A stretch of 64,000 nucleotides of DNA from Geosiphon pyriformis uo1 (lineage: Eukaryota; Fungi; Glomeromycota). The translations under genes and the position numbers were made by a program. The stretch is from positions 314,043-378,042 of the forward strand of contig JAAOMT010000570.1 in the NCBI GenBank assembly GCA_016748015.1, in the 5' to 3' direction. The notes beneath the pieces were generated by a model. It saw only the letters and a list, made by a program, of their open reading frames with translations. It was not told the origin of the DNA and did no database searches. This document shows positions 21,950-35,178 of the stretch, piece by piece (position 1 is the stretch's first letter; the number at the start of each line of letters is the position of its first letter).

Positions 21950-24300
21950 TTTGGTGCTCCCTGTGAGGTATAATTCTACAGAGAACCAGCACCAACAAAC
22001 ACCATCTAAAAGTGGCAGAATCAGAAAATATAGGAGCAAACCATTTAGAATTTGCAAAATCCTTATTTCAATACTATTGTCAATACTTGGAATTAAACCA
22101 CAATCATATATCCACTAAATCAGTCTTCAATTTCTACGTCAACGAAAAAATTTCCTCTTTATTAGAAACACTAGTGAATACTGAATTAGCAAGAGAAACT
22201 TTCTATAGGGAGTTAATTCACAACACCAACCTGTCAACAAATTATAATTTCACATCTATTATCACTAAGATCAACAAAAAAATTGAACACTACACTCAAC
22301 AAAGATATCTAATTACATATGCTAGTAAAGGCAAGAGAAAACTACAAACACCAGCAGTAACACCCAGAAAAATACAGCCACCTACTTGGAAAAAAAACAG
22401 AATTGAATCCCCAAGCAACCCATTCTATTACTATACACCTGAAAGTGCCATCAACATATTATCAACAGACACGTTCCCATCAACTGTGACATCAGCATTT
22501 GGACAATTTCCATTCCAAAGTAGACAAAGGAAAACAGAATTATTAGGACCATATGGCAAATACTTTGAGGGATTTAATTCACAATCATCAATCCCATCAA
22601 GACTTCGATCACTACTGCCTCTACCAGATTTTGGAATCTCTGATCCATGGGAAGCAGCAGAATCAGAAAAAAAGGAAGAAAAATCAGAGAATCAAGAATT
22701 CACTTACCAGAACCCAATTACTGAAAACCCGGAAGTTGAAACCCCAAATTTTTAAACTTAGCAAAATCTAAATCTAGAAAATTCAGAAATTGAAACTCCG
22801 AATCATCAAAGGCAGAACAATTCAAACTCCGAATTAATTAATCAGCAGAACTTACCTCTGGTAATCATTATCAATCAACTGCCGATTAATCCCATAGCCG
22901 AACCCATACAACAGCCATCTCAACTATCACCCCAACAACCAGTACAACAACAACTGCTTCAACAGCCACCACAACCACCTAATTTAGATCCAATGGCCTA
23001 TGCACCAATTGCAAAACTTGACAACTTTACTGGCGAAAAAGATGATGCTCAAGTATGGCTGAATGATGTAGAAAAGGCCATTGCAGCCAACGGATGGAAT
23101 GATGCCCGAGCAATACAAGCCATTTCTTACTTTCTTAAGGATACCACTGATTCATAGTATCAGAGCTTGGTTAATAAACCACAAGATTTCAATGCCTTCA
23201 AAGTGAAATTTCTAAGATACTTCAGCAACAATAACAGCATTAATTGCCTAGTTAATACATTCACCACCATGAAACAAGGAGAAACTAAAGTGGTCACCAC
23301 TTACCTGGGACACTTCCATCGAAATCTGCACCAAATTCAAGCAATTGACACCAACTATTTCACAGTCCTACAGATACTCAACCAGTTTATCCATGGCCTG
23401 CGCAGCAGCATCTTGCAATATGTACATCCGTTGTATCTAGACACTCTTCAAGATGCAGTCACATGCGCCAGGGATTTTGAATCCACTGAGTCAGAGGCTA
23501 ACCACACCCAAGCTGTTAATCTAGTAATGAACGGATCATCTGAATTGGATTCCAAATTGGAGAAGTTCAGTAAATTAATTAATAAGAGATTAGAAGGATA
23601 CTTAGCTGACAATCACGTTATTTATCAGCCTCCACAATGATGCAATAATCAAAGAAACTCTAATTGTGTCCAAAATCAACCACATCCATCTTCATCGACC
23701 AATTAACAGTGACAACAAGAAACGCATATCTGCCACTATTGTGGTAAACAAGAACATATCCAAATTGACTGTTGCCAGCATTTAAATAACCAACAATCAG
23801 AAAATCAATATCAAAACCCCGATCGCTGGTTCCAAACTCCGAATCAGTACCCAAATCAAAACCAACTCACTTACTTACCAGTGATGCAGTTATCAGTCTA
23901 TCAACCTCTGGTGTATCAAGCTCCAATCTATCAACTGCAGTCACAAGTAATTTATCAACAACCACAGCCACAAATAATCTATCAGTCCCAACAAATCCAA
24001 ACACCACCCCAAAGCTTACCACCCAATGGAATCCAAAGACCAAGAATGACTCAACAGCACTGGAGATTAGTGATAGTAGTTCATCAACTGATCCCCAGTT
24101 CTTCACAGCAACCATCTGGATTATGCCAGTGGAATTCGGATACTGGTCAACCCCAAAACCTGAATTCCCAGAACTATTTAAGTCTTCTGGTCACCCCAGA
24201 AGACGCCTCAACCAATAACCCAGCATTCACCTAAAAACAACCACTTACCAGTAATATCTCACCTGTTACCATCACTGAAAATGAGTCTTTGGCTGTTATA
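21877..24300 (+). pseudogene. Gag of Gypsy B (likely initiating in U5), disrupted
   Basis: Single frame from ATG 21877 through ORFs 22012, 23167 and 23881. Knuckle CHYCGKQEHIQIDC at ~23730. Confidence 0.85.
21952..21968 (+). promoter_or_regulatory. Primer-binding site of Gypsy B
   Basis: TGGTGCTCCCTGTGAGG lies 2 nt after the LTR and is complementary to a tRNA 3' end (...GGAGCA-CCA). Confidence 0.85.
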
Positions 24301-24339
24301 TTCCCATTCAAATTCGAGGAAACAACTGCAACACTATTA

Positions 24340-24750
24340 TTTAGTGGAGCCACTCTTGAAACCAAACCAATCACCGTGATGTATACTGATGCAAAAGTCG
24401 AGGAACAATCCATCAAATTGATCTTTGACAGTGGTTCAGCAGGCAGCATCATCACATGACAACTCATGGATCAATTAGGTCACCGAGTTGATTGAGCTGC
24501 CAGCACCAGAATTATCACAGCTGACAGAGTGACCAAAACTCCAATTGGCAAAATTGACGACTTCTCTTTCGAAGTTAATGGCATTGTGACTTCCATTAAA
24601 GTTCTAGTGATAGAAGCCACTTAATACCAAGCTCTCGTTGGTAATGACTGGCTATTCAAAGTCAATGCAACGTTAGACTGGAACACCCAGAAACTCCAGC
24701 TAACATATCAGGGCCAACACATACATGTACCAGTCATGTGTGGCCATTTC
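24340..24750 (+). pseudogene. Aspartic protease
   Basis: LIFDSGSAGSII and ALVGNDWL motifs. Confidence 0.85.
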
Positions 24751-25089
24751 AAAACTTCTTCAAGAGAGAAACTATTGATCAAACTGGAGGAGGAGAAAGA
24801 GAAACCTATCTGGGAAGCTTACCAAGTCTTCTGGGCCGACGCCAACCACAATGAACTACCACCAATACTCTCGTGGAATGACAATCCTAAGAGAAAGCAA
24901 AAAGAGGAACTGACCTGGGAAACAGACAATTTGACCTGAACCGACAACAAACAGGAAGAACCATTGAGTTGGGAGTGGAAAAAAGAAAAAGGAAAAGGGA
25001 AAGAAAGGGAGAAAGAAAACACTCAAGCCAACAACACTTATATCCCATACACCAATGGTCAACAACAATCATCGACCTATCGCCAACCC

Positions 25090-25740
25090 AAACTGATATG
25101 CATTGATTGTGGCAAGAAATTGTCATCAATGGGCACATGTTGTGGCAATGATAAAGAATATCAGATGGCAACCAAGTTCTATTGCCGTGCATGCCATGTT
25201 GAACATTTTGGAAGACCAAAATGAGTGGAAAAATGGGATAATACACCATGTATAGCCTGTGGAAAAACTCTCCTTAATGAAAGAATATGGAATGACATTC
25301 CGGAGAGAAGAGGAACGTGTGATGTGTTCTGCCAATACATGATCTTCATCAGCGACTGGGTTGAAAAAGGAACACCCATAGAAGCCACCTAGAGAAAAGC
25401 TGTACAGTGACTGGACAGTTGTCCACATGATAATGACAAAATTTGGAGGATGGCAATCACCAAAATTAAAGGCGCGTTGCCAGAAGAAATCAGAACAATT
25501 AAAAACAACCTACCAGAACCTATTAAGCTTGACTGGGATGCAGAGCCAGTCATAAATTTTCTGAAACCAGAAAAGTTTCATGAACACTATCAAAACTTGG
25601 CACCCACTAGAGAAGAGCAAAAACAATGGCTAGCACAGTTAAATATTAGACTGTGTTGCTATTGTTTAATTCCCAGTGACTTTGAATATTGTAACAATTG
25701 TAACCTCATTTACAATCCACCACCATGCATGATCTACACA
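25090..25740 (+). pseudogene. Cys-rich (multi-CxxC) domain of unknown function
   Basis: CIDC...YCRACH...KWDNTPCIAC...CDVFCQY...GTP...PHD...LCCYCLIP...YCNNC. Confidence 0.7.
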
Positions 25741-25959
25741 ATCCCTAAAGAAGAAGAACCAATCAGCAGCTGTGCTTCGGAATCAGAATCACTGATCAAG
25801 TGCAATCCAGACTTCGACAACAACAACGAAAACACTGGTTCCAGCTCCGTTCAAAATGACAATGACAACAAAGATGATTCAAACTTAGATTCAAACTCTG
25901 ATTTAAACTATGAACAATACATTGTACTACCAGATCTCTCCAAAGAACAAGAGTTGAAA

Positions 25960-26390
25960 TGATATAGTGACAATGGGGAAGATATTATGCCAAAACGTGC
26001 GCATAATACTGATGTAGGATTTGATTTGAGGTATCTAGAAAAAGATGCCATCAAATTGGAACCACATTTACGCACCTGCATTAATCTGAAAGTAGCACTA
26101 GAAATTTTGGCAACAACAATGGTTCAATTAGCATCTAGGAGTAGTTTAATGAAAAGAGGGATTAATATAAGAGGAGGAATAATTGACACGGAATATGTAG
26201 GAAATATCATCGCTATGCTACAAAATGACTCAGAAAAAGCCTATATAATAGAGCCCAATGAAAAAATAGCACAGGCAATATTCCTGTTTCTGGTTAGAGT
26301 AGCTCAGTTAGTATCAGTGGGAAAAAGGGAGGAATTAGGAATAACAGCAAGAGAAATACAGAGATTCGGATCAATGGGTAGAATAGATGT
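25960..26390 (+). pseudogene. Trimeric dUTPase domain of Gypsy B
   Basis: VGFDL, ASRSS, GGIIDTEYVG, KIAQ, REIQRFGSMG. Confidence 0.88.
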
Positions 26391-26809
26391 ACCAGTTAAT
26401 ATGGTGAAGAAAGAAATTGTTGGCTAAGGAGAAATTATCTCAACCAGTCAAGCTATTTCATTTCACTATATAACCAGTACATGCTAACAATAGAAAGAAA
26501 GGAAAAAGACCAAGCACAAATTTTTGAAGCAGAAGCCAGTCTTTGTGAATCAGAAGAAGTTGGACTTATCAATCTCCACATACCAGCAAAAGATTACAGT
26601 CACATCAAAATTTCCATCTACAACAATACAGGAAATATCATAGAAATACCAGCCGGAACCATTATTGGATACTTAAACACTAAAATAGAGGATCAACCAC
26701 CAAACCCCATTCCAGATTTTTCACAACTTTGTGGATATGTTGATATCACATCACAAACAATATACAGACGAAGTGAATGTTATTTGTTCCAATCAGAACA
26801 ATTAGAACA

Positions 26810-28210
26810 AATGAACATGGGAAACTTAGATCCACTCCAACATATGCAACTCAAGATGTTGCTCAACCAGTTCAATGACATCTTTGCCAGCAAAAATGAG
26901 TTTGGCTGAACTGATATCATCCAGCATCAGATCAAGACTAAAGATACAATGTCAATTAAACAAAGAGCATACAAAGTGCCACCAGCCAGCCACGAGATTA
27001 TTCGTCAAGAGATAAACCGAATGCTTAACAATGAGCTAATTCAGCCATCAATGAGCCCATGGTCATTACCAGTAGTACTTGTCCAAAAAAAGAATGGAAA
27101 GATCCGATTTTGTGTGGACTACAGAAAACTCAATGGTATAACTCGTGGAGACAGCTATCCAATTCCACAGATACAAAAATTATTCGATGCTTTTGGCAGA
27201 AACAAATGGTTCTCAATGTTAGACTTAGATAGTGGTTATTGACAAGTAGCCATGGATCCAGCTGACAAAGAAAAGACAGCATTCACCACGAGAGAAGAGA
27301 ATTTTGAATTTAAAGTAATGCCATTTGGTTTAACCAATGCACCAGCCACTTTCCAATGGCTAATGGAAATTGTCTATACTGGCTTATTGTGGAAATCAGT
27401 AGTTGTATACTTGGACGACACCAACGTATTCTCAAAAACATTTGATGATTATCTTTATCATCTTCAACAAGTGTTCGAAAGACTAAGAAGAGCAGAGCTA
27501 AAGTTAAATGCAACAAAGTGTTTCTTTGGCAAGACAAAGCTAAAATTCTTGGGACACATAGTCAGCAAAAATGGCATCAAAACAGATCCAGAGAAAATAG
27601 AGATAGTAAAGAACTTTCCAGTGCCAACCAATATGACAGAACTGAAATCATTCTTGGAATTTGCCAGCTACTATCAATATTTTATCAAAAACTTTTCCAA
27701 GATAGTGCAGTCATTCAACCAACTGCAAACCAAGAATACCAAATATGAATGGGCAGAAAGTCAACAAGAAGCTTTTGACATTTTGAAAAGAAAGCTCATT
27801 CAAGCTCCAGTACTGATTTATCCAGATCACAGCAAACCATTCATCATCACCACCAATACATCTGGCCAAGCATTGGGAGCAGTATTATCTCAGAGAGAAC
27901 CAGATGGCAGAGAACATCCAGTAGCATATGCCAGTAGAGGTTTAACATCAGCCAAAAAGAATTATGGAACACCAGAACAAGAACACTTAGCAATATACTG
28001 GACAGTCATGAAATGGAAAAAATACTTGAGCCAGAAGTTTGAAGTATACACAGATCACAAGAGATTAACATCACTCCAAAAACAAAAATTTAGAGATGGA
28101 AAACAGTCAAAATGAAAAATGGCACTCGCACCATACAATTATACTATACATTACAAAAAAAGAAAAGACAACGGAAATGCTGATGGTTTGTCATGAATGA
28201 GACAAATCTA
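26810..28210 (+). pseudogene. Reverse transcriptase + RNase H
   Basis: RFCVDYRKLN, MPFGLTNAPATFQ, VYLDD, LGAVLSQ, PVAYASR, YTDHK. Confidence 0.93.
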
Positions 28211-28277
28211 AGAACATTTTAACACAAAAAAAAATATAACAAAACCAGAACAATACCAACGAAAAATATAACAAAAG

Positions 28278-29660
28278 ATGAACATACAAAAATATCAACA
28301 ACTGCAACATTATATAAACACTCAACAGTTCAAGGAGAATTTATCTCAAATGGAACAAAAGAGTATCAGACAACAATCAAAATATTTTATCACTTACCAA
28401 AATATACTTTATTGAAAAAATAGAAAAAATCCAGATCAACCAATCAGAGTAGTTACAGAACCAGAAAAAGAGACAATATTATTCAACATGTACTTAAATC
28501 TAACAGCAGGACATTTTCACAAAGAAGCAACCATAGAAAGAACCAGAAAAAAATACTATTGGCCATCAATGTATCCAGACATCATCCAATATGTTCAGAA
28601 TTGTGATGCTTGTCAGTGAAGAGGAGGTATGAAACTCAGTGAACTATTAAGACCAATCAAAGTAGAACAACCATTCGACTGTGTTGAAATTGATCTAGTC
28701 AGACCATTAACAATCACCAGCAGAGGAAACAGGTACATAGCAGTAGCCATGGACTATCTCACTAAATAGCCAAAGGTGAAAGCAATTCAAAGAGCAGATG
28801 CAGAATCCGTTGCCGAATTTGTTCATCAGAATTTGATCTGTTAACATGAATGTCCAAAAGAATTATTATCAGATCAAGGAACTCATTTTGTGAACAAAAC
28901 ATTAACAGAATTGAGTCAAAGATTCGGAATTAAGAGACCACTATCATTACCATACCATCTACAAACCAATGGATTAGTCAAAAGATTCAACAGAACATTG
29001 TGTGAAGCAATAGCTAAACTCAGCCAAGAAAACCAGGATGATTGGAATTTGTTAATACCATCAGTACTATTTGCTTATTGAACAATGAAGCAAGATACTA
29101 CACAAGCAACACTATTTGAATTAGTATATGGTAGAACAACAACACTACCAATAGAAATAGAAGTCAGTACATACCCAACCAAACCAATAACAGAAGAGAA
29201 TTTCAAAAATACATTGTTGAAAAAAACATATGACTTAATGGAAACATTAGAAAACAAACAATAAAGAGCAGCTGATAATATACAAAAGTCACAAAAGAAA
29301 CAAAAAGAAAGACATAATAACCAACTACCAGATAAACCAGTTGAATTCAGGATTGGAGACAAAGTACTACTATATTGTACCAAAGTGGAAAAACAATGAA
29401 GTGGAAAATTTGACCCCAAATGGGATGGACCATTTTACATAGAAGAAATTCTAGGAAATGAAGCTTACAAATTAAGACTGGATAACAAAATTTTAACCAA
29501 AGCAACACATGGAGATTGACTGAAACCATACCACAATATTACACTATCATCTACCAGTAATATTCCACAATTAGGAGTACAGAGAATACTAGTCTAACCA
29601 GATGAGATTCCACAAGATCTGGAACCAATCATTATCATTAACAACAACACGTCCAATTGA
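28278..29660 (+). pseudogene. Integrase, disrupted
   Basis: GHF...YWPSM...CDACQ, SDQGTHF, TNGLVKRFN, KWDGPF. Confidence 0.9.
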
Positions 29661-29683
29661 TTAACAAAAGAATATATAAGAAC

Positions 29684-30337
29684 ATGGTAAATGCAACAGG
29701 AAATATCAGAAAAATGGAAATTACAGACAACATTTACTCACTAGCACAACAACTTTTTCAATTGATTCAACACCAGGAAATGGAGATTACAGTCAATCAA
29801 CAAACCATTTGATATCAAGATACTAAAAAGACATTGCAACCCAGAACACAGAAGAAAACTAAAAATACTGTGGACAAAATTATTGCGAAAGTAAAATTAG
29901 CAATAGAAGAACTGACAAAAGAATTACTATATCAAGAGTTGACTAAAGAAACTTGGAATTGGTGGATACAACAATTTCCACAAAACTATTGTTATTTTTA
30001 CTTGGAACAACACGTAAATATCCAGAATTTATATACAAATAAAACAAAGCGACTATTCAACAAAAGAATACTACAATAATTAGAACATTTTGTGGGAAAG
30101 AACAACTTATCCATACAGGCCCAAGCTATATACTGAATACACACAGCATTTCAGGATAGACCAGAAATTTTATTCAACAAAGCAATGAATATAGTTACCA
30201 GTAATCAATTGGGAAAAATCACCAATGCTCAATTTGAAAAATTACAGATCTAAATAACACAAGTAATTCTCAAAAATGAAATCTAGGAAATACTTCAAGA
30301 GAGGGAATTAAACAAGTTAGATTTCGACGGAGCTTAA
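29684..30337 (+). pseudogene. Accessory 3' ORF of Gypsy B (homolog of 1062-1769), with in-frame stops
   Basis: One frame from ATG 29684/29714. Stops are consistent with CGA>TGA or CAA/CAG>TAA/TAG. Aligns with the family A ORF. Confidence 0.7.
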
Positions 30338-30341
30338 TATT

Positions 30342-30356
30342 AAAAGAAGGGAATAA
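30342..30356 (+). promoter_or_regulatory. Polypurine tract
   Basis: AAAAGAAGGGAATAA abuts the 3' LTR. Confidence 0.8.
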
Positions 30357-31268
30357 TGTTACTCATAGAATATAAGAAATATAATATTATTAGTTAGTAG
30401 ATATTAGCCAATTAGAAGTAGGTGTAGTAAATATGGAATTCCAGGATTCCTCTCAAGAATTGCAGAATTCCAGGAATTTCAAGATTCCTCTCAAAAGAAT
30501 TGCAGAATTCCAGAATTCCAGGATTCCAAGATTCTTCTCAAAAGAATCGCAAGATTCCAGAAATTCTAGGATTCCTGTTATAAAGAATTGAGGAATTGAG
30601 GAATCTCAATTATGTATATATAGCAGTAGGATTAGAAGCTGAAAAAACAGACCTCTTAGTTTAGATTTAATCTAAGCAACATTCCAGTTTCCAATCATCA
30701 AATAAATAATTATTCCATATCTCAACCCACTTTCTACTATCAACACTTCATGTTAATAGTAATTGATACTTAACCACACTGGAACAATAGCTCTTGATCA
30801 TGACTATTGATGAAATACTAACGTACCAAATTGCCTTGGCTTATTTTCTCTATTTTCTTTATTTTATTTTCTTTACTTTTTATTTTCTTTATTTTATTTT
30901 ATTTTTTTTTTGATTTTGTTGTTGTATACTAATTGATTAAAAGATTAAGCACTGAGTTATTGATGTCAAGGATAGTCTGGTAAAAGACCCAAAAATAAGG
31001 GTAGAATTTTATATATATTATCAGATAGCTTACCAGAAGGGCATGACTGCCAGACTAAATCCAGCCACCATGCTGAGAAAAAAATTGGGAAAACTCTTGG
31101 AAAGATACATCTACTATTAACACTATCAAATCTCTGTCTATTATACAAAGAACTCTATCAAAATCTTTAGATACAACACTTGCAGAATCCCATCCATGAA
31201 AGTAGCTTTTGAGCACCGAGTTATGGGTTTGTTATTTAATTCAACAGCAGAAATAATCACCTGTAACA
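30357..31268 (+). repeat. 3' LTR of Gypsy family B
   Basis: TGTTACTCATAG...CCTGTAACA, colinear with 21045-21949. Confidence 0.95.
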
Positions 31269-31700
31269 ACAATCTTAAAGTAGCTGGTTTGGAGATTGTC
31301 AAGTTTGTACACTTTCTTGGTCTAGCTTTTAGGGAATATGTTTGGTTAATTCATGCTAAACATTGTGCTTATATGAAAAGAAACAGTTTGATTCCAATTG
31401 ATGATTCGGCTTTTGTTTTGGTTTCTGGTTTGGCTTCAAGATTTTCTGCTGGAGTGGTCAAATTGCATCACTGATGCTTTTGGTATTTAGTTTGGCTTTT
31501 ACAAATCTTGTTTGTTTTTTTCAGATATAGGTAATCCAGTTTCAGTTTATATAGCTGTGTAGTGTTGTTCTAATTGGCCCAAATGGCTGGTTACATGTAG
31601 AAAATGCATGATTCATGCTTAGTTTAGATCATTTCTTTGATGTATAGCACTAGATAGTGTTTGGATCTCACTCGTTAAGCAAATAAAAAAAAAAATTATA
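31269..31700 (+). mobile_element. LINE 3' end (ORF2 C-terminus, 3' UTR, poly-A)
   Basis: Homologous to 13110-13500 (minus). Poly-A at ~31685-31695. Confidence 0.85.
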
Positions 31701-31719
31701 AAAAAATTAAATTAAAATT

Positions 31720-32005
31720 AAATTTTTTATTTATTACACATTTAATGAGTAAAACCCAACCATTATTTAATATATAAAGTTAAACTAAGTGACCCCAACT
31801 AAATATAACTCACACATTTATTACATGTAACCAGCTATTTAAATCAGACAAAACAACACTACACACTTATAATAATGCTTACATCATTATTTAAATCTGA
31901 AAAAAAGAGGCATAGCTTATGCTTACCAAAACTAATAGCAAAAAACTTAGCAATACCAAGAAGCTGGATTATGTTATCTGACAACTTAACCACTAAATCA
32001 TCTAT
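31720..32005 (-). mobile_element. Short LINE 3' fragment, tail-to-tail with the previous one
   Basis: Minus strand reads LSDNIIQLLGIAKFFAISFGKHKLCLFFSDLNNDVSIIISV*, followed by the conserved 3' UTR. Confidence 0.7.
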
Positions 32006-32326
32006 TGCATTCAGTTTTGATATGTCTATACTTTTGACAATAATAATACATCAGTATATTCTGTTAATTTCTATTTGGGTTTTGATAACTGTAATCTTAA
32101 AAGGGTGTTTGGTTTTGTAATAAAGTTGTCCATATTGTATTAAAGCTTGCTGGTGTTTTTTTTATTTTTATTTTATGAATGCAGTCCAATCACTATCTAA
32201 CATACAGAAACATAACAAAAGAGTTTAACTAAACATGGCTTATGTGCTTGCTATATGTGACTGATTACTTGAACTAATTAAGATTACACTATGTATTTAT
32301 ACAAACCCTAGCATCATTATTAATGC

Positions 32327-33126
32327 TGTTACAGTTCAAGAATTTAATAGGAATTATAAATAATATAAATTAGCCAATCATAAAATTGCACAATAACAAT
32401 TTATAAAAAGATAAAAGAAATAATGTACAAATAATAGTAAGCACTATCATACAATAACAGCAAGCACTATCATGCAAAAGCAGCAAGCACTATTTAGAAA
32501 TAATGGAAATAGAGTATTACAAGACATTATTTTGTAAAACAATAATTATATATATATGCAATAGTTTTTAATGATAAAAAAAAACAGCTTAAACTCAAAG
32601 CAACAAATATCTAAATAAAATCTTATTTAAAAAGAATTAATAAAAATAATAAATTAAATAAACATCACAATTATGAGATTAACAATAGAGTTTTCATATT
32701 CTCTCTAGCAAATAAAACTATCATTCTATCTTTGAATTCTTTGGAAAAATAATCTCTGATCAAGATTATTTTACGTAGTTATTAATTAAATTGAAAAAAG
32801 CTTTATTATATACTTAGAGAAATCACGAAAAGGTCATTAACATTTCATGTTTCTAGATTAAAAAAACACATCAGACAATTATAAGGATAGCCTCAGAGAA
32901 GACCCCAAACAGTGAGTAAATTTCAGATTAGCCTTTGGGAAGGAGTACACAACATACAAAGACAACTAGAATTAAAGAGAAAACTTACATTACAACATCA
33001 AAAAAAAATCTTCAGTACATTATTATTAATATCTAACACATAAAATTGAAGAACTCATAAGAGACTAATTGCAATTAAAACGAGATATTAACAATTAAAA
33101 TATACCAAGAAAACTCTCTTGTAACA
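32327..33126 (+). repeat. Solo LTR (third family)
   Basis: TGTTACAG...CTTGTAACA with perfect TSD ATGC (32323-32326 / 33127-33130). The flanking LINE reads FFLSI-NNDARVCINT* across it. Confidence 0.88.
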
Positions 33127-34087
33127 ATGCTTAAAAAAAAGTTACACATTTTACACAAACTAAAACTAACAGCAAAAGCTTTAAAAATACCAAACAGCCA
33201 AACAACTCTCACAGACAAAAGTTCTGGCACTTTATCTACAGTCACAGCAATTAAACCACTATCTCTAATCTGGCCATCTTTCTCTAATTTTGCTTTGAGT
33301 TTTGCCCTAAATAACCACAATTTACATTAATGCATCTTAGCTAAACTATGTACAAAATCAACTACCATTAACAATACTTTTTTCCAATTATTGAAAATAA
33401 AAACTGCTTTATCTATCCATTTTTTGAAAACAAAACTTTTACACAAAACCATGTAGACACCAATATCTGAAATCCCAGAAAGAAGTGTATTTAGCACTAT
33501 AGAAGATGACAAGCAGAAACTATTAGTTAAAGACTTCCAAATCTTAATATAACCCAATAAAATACCAGCATGTACAGTGAACTCTCTCTATAGTCCCTCT
33601 GGTTATAGTCACTATTTTCTTATAATCACATTTTTTTAAAAACCAAAACCATTTATATATAATATTATCTTCTTATAGTTACTTTTACTATATATATCTC
33701 CTTATAGTCCCTATTTCCACAAATATGATAGCAGAATATAAATAATTTCCACTCTCTATAGTCACACTATAATCATATAATATTAGATATAAACATCAAA
33801 TATTATCTCATATTTAATTGGACATGTAAGATACCTCAGATTATAAAAGATGTTCCAAATATTATTTTAAAATGTTGACTCTATTTTGCATTTAAGTATT
33901 GCAATAATAAGACTTATATTAATCTATCATTGTTTGCTTTATTTATTAATTTATTATTTTATTGGTATAATTTTAAAAGTTACAACAAGCAAATTAGTGT
34001 AAAATAGTATGTTCTGTTTTGTCTTGGTAGCAAATATTAAATAATTGCCCAAGCCACTAAGTAAATTTATTTAGCATTGCTGTGATA

Positions 34088-34465
34088 ATTGCCATAACTA
34101 TTCAAAGGTAAGTGAAGTAAATTATCATTGTTACATTGATTGTCAAGACTATTCAAAGGTAAGTGAATCTAATTATCATTGTTATATTGATTGCCATAAC
34201 CATTTAAAGATAAGCAAATTTGATTAATATATTCATGTGAATTGTTATAGCTGTCTAAAAGTAAGTGAATTACTATTGTTGCATTGATTACTGAGATCAT
34301 CCAAAGGTAAGTGAATCTGATTATTATTGTTGTATTGATTGTTGAAGCCATTAGGAGATAAGTAACTGAATTATTATTGTCACATTGATTATTAAGACTA
34401 TTGAGAGGTAAGTGAACTGAATTATTATTGCCATGTTAATTGTTGTGGCTGTTTGGAGGTATTTT
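34088..34465 (+). repeat. Tandem repeat, ~8 x 51 bp
   Basis: (AG)GTAAGT-type cores at 34108, 34159, 34210, 34261, 34307, 34358, 34408 and 34459. Confidence 0.85.
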
Positions 34466-34515
34466 TTAAAAATATAAAAATCTCAAATTAGATTTTCACC
34501 ATTCATTCTGTTTAA

Positions 34516-34960
34516 ATGCTGGAAACTCTGTAGCAATAGATAAATTAGGAAATTGCTACTTTTATTACAAAGGTGTTAATCAAAAATGAGTCAAGCTGTC
34601 AAATTATATCAAAAGACAAGTAATGCAAAGAATTCTGCTACAATGAACAATTTAGGTTATTGCTATCAGCATGATGAAAATATCAATTAGAACAAAAGTC
34701 AAGAGGTCAAATTATATCAAAAGGCTGTTGATGCAGAGAATTCTAAAGCAATGACTCGATTAGATCATTGCTATTAATATGGTAAAGATATTAATCAGGA
34801 CATGGATCAATATTAAAAGACAAGTAATATAGAGAATTCTAAAGCAATAACTTGATTAAGACATTGCTACTTTAATAGCAAATGCATCAATCAAGACATG
34901 AATCAAGCTGTCAAATTGTATCAAAAGACAGCTGATGTGGGAGATTCTGGGGCAATAAAT
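34516..34960 (+). pseudogene. Sel1-like repeats (~4 units), degenerate
   Basis: AGNSVAIDKLGNCY...QAVKLYQK...MNNLGYCYQ...VKLYQKAVDAENSKAM...INQDMNQAVKLYQKTADVGDSGA. Confidence 0.85.
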
Positions 34961-34964
34961 TAAA

Positions 34965-35178
34965 TTTAAAAAGTGAAGATGAAGATGAATCTTTGCCTTT
35001 GCTATCTATACATCAAAATAAAACTGCACTTGAAAATACATTGTGCTATTGTGAAGAACAGTATAGTGAAAAAGTTGATTCAGACTTTTTTAAAACTTTG
35101 AAAACATTAATTCATAATATTATTTTCAAAGTTCAAGAAGAAAAAAAACAGTTGCAAATAGATAGCTTTTTTAAATAA
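34965..35178 (+). pseudogene. pogo/Tigger transposase C-terminal remnant with PIP-box-like motif
   Basis: EDEDES...ALENTLCYCEEQ...LKTL...KKQLQIDSFFK* (QxxIxxFF). Confidence 0.7.

Larger units (their letters stand above)
21045..31268 (+). mobile_element. Full-length degenerate Ty3/Gypsy LTR retrotransposon (family B) with dUTPase and extra 3' ORF
   Basis: LTRs at 21045-21949 and 30357-31268. PBS and PPT present. Order gag-PR-Cys-dUT-RT-RH-IN-ORF3. TSD atga (21041-21044) / acaa (31269-31272), both derivable from ACGA. Confidence 0.95.

Noticed and set aside
32005-32155. Small gag zinc-knuckle-like relic (minus strand YYYCQKYRHIKTEC)
   Set aside because: Too short and degenerate to delimit or assign to a family.
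34088-34465. CRISPR-like array
   Set aside because: Whole units are homologous (no unique spacers), there are no cas genes, and the context is eukaryotic.
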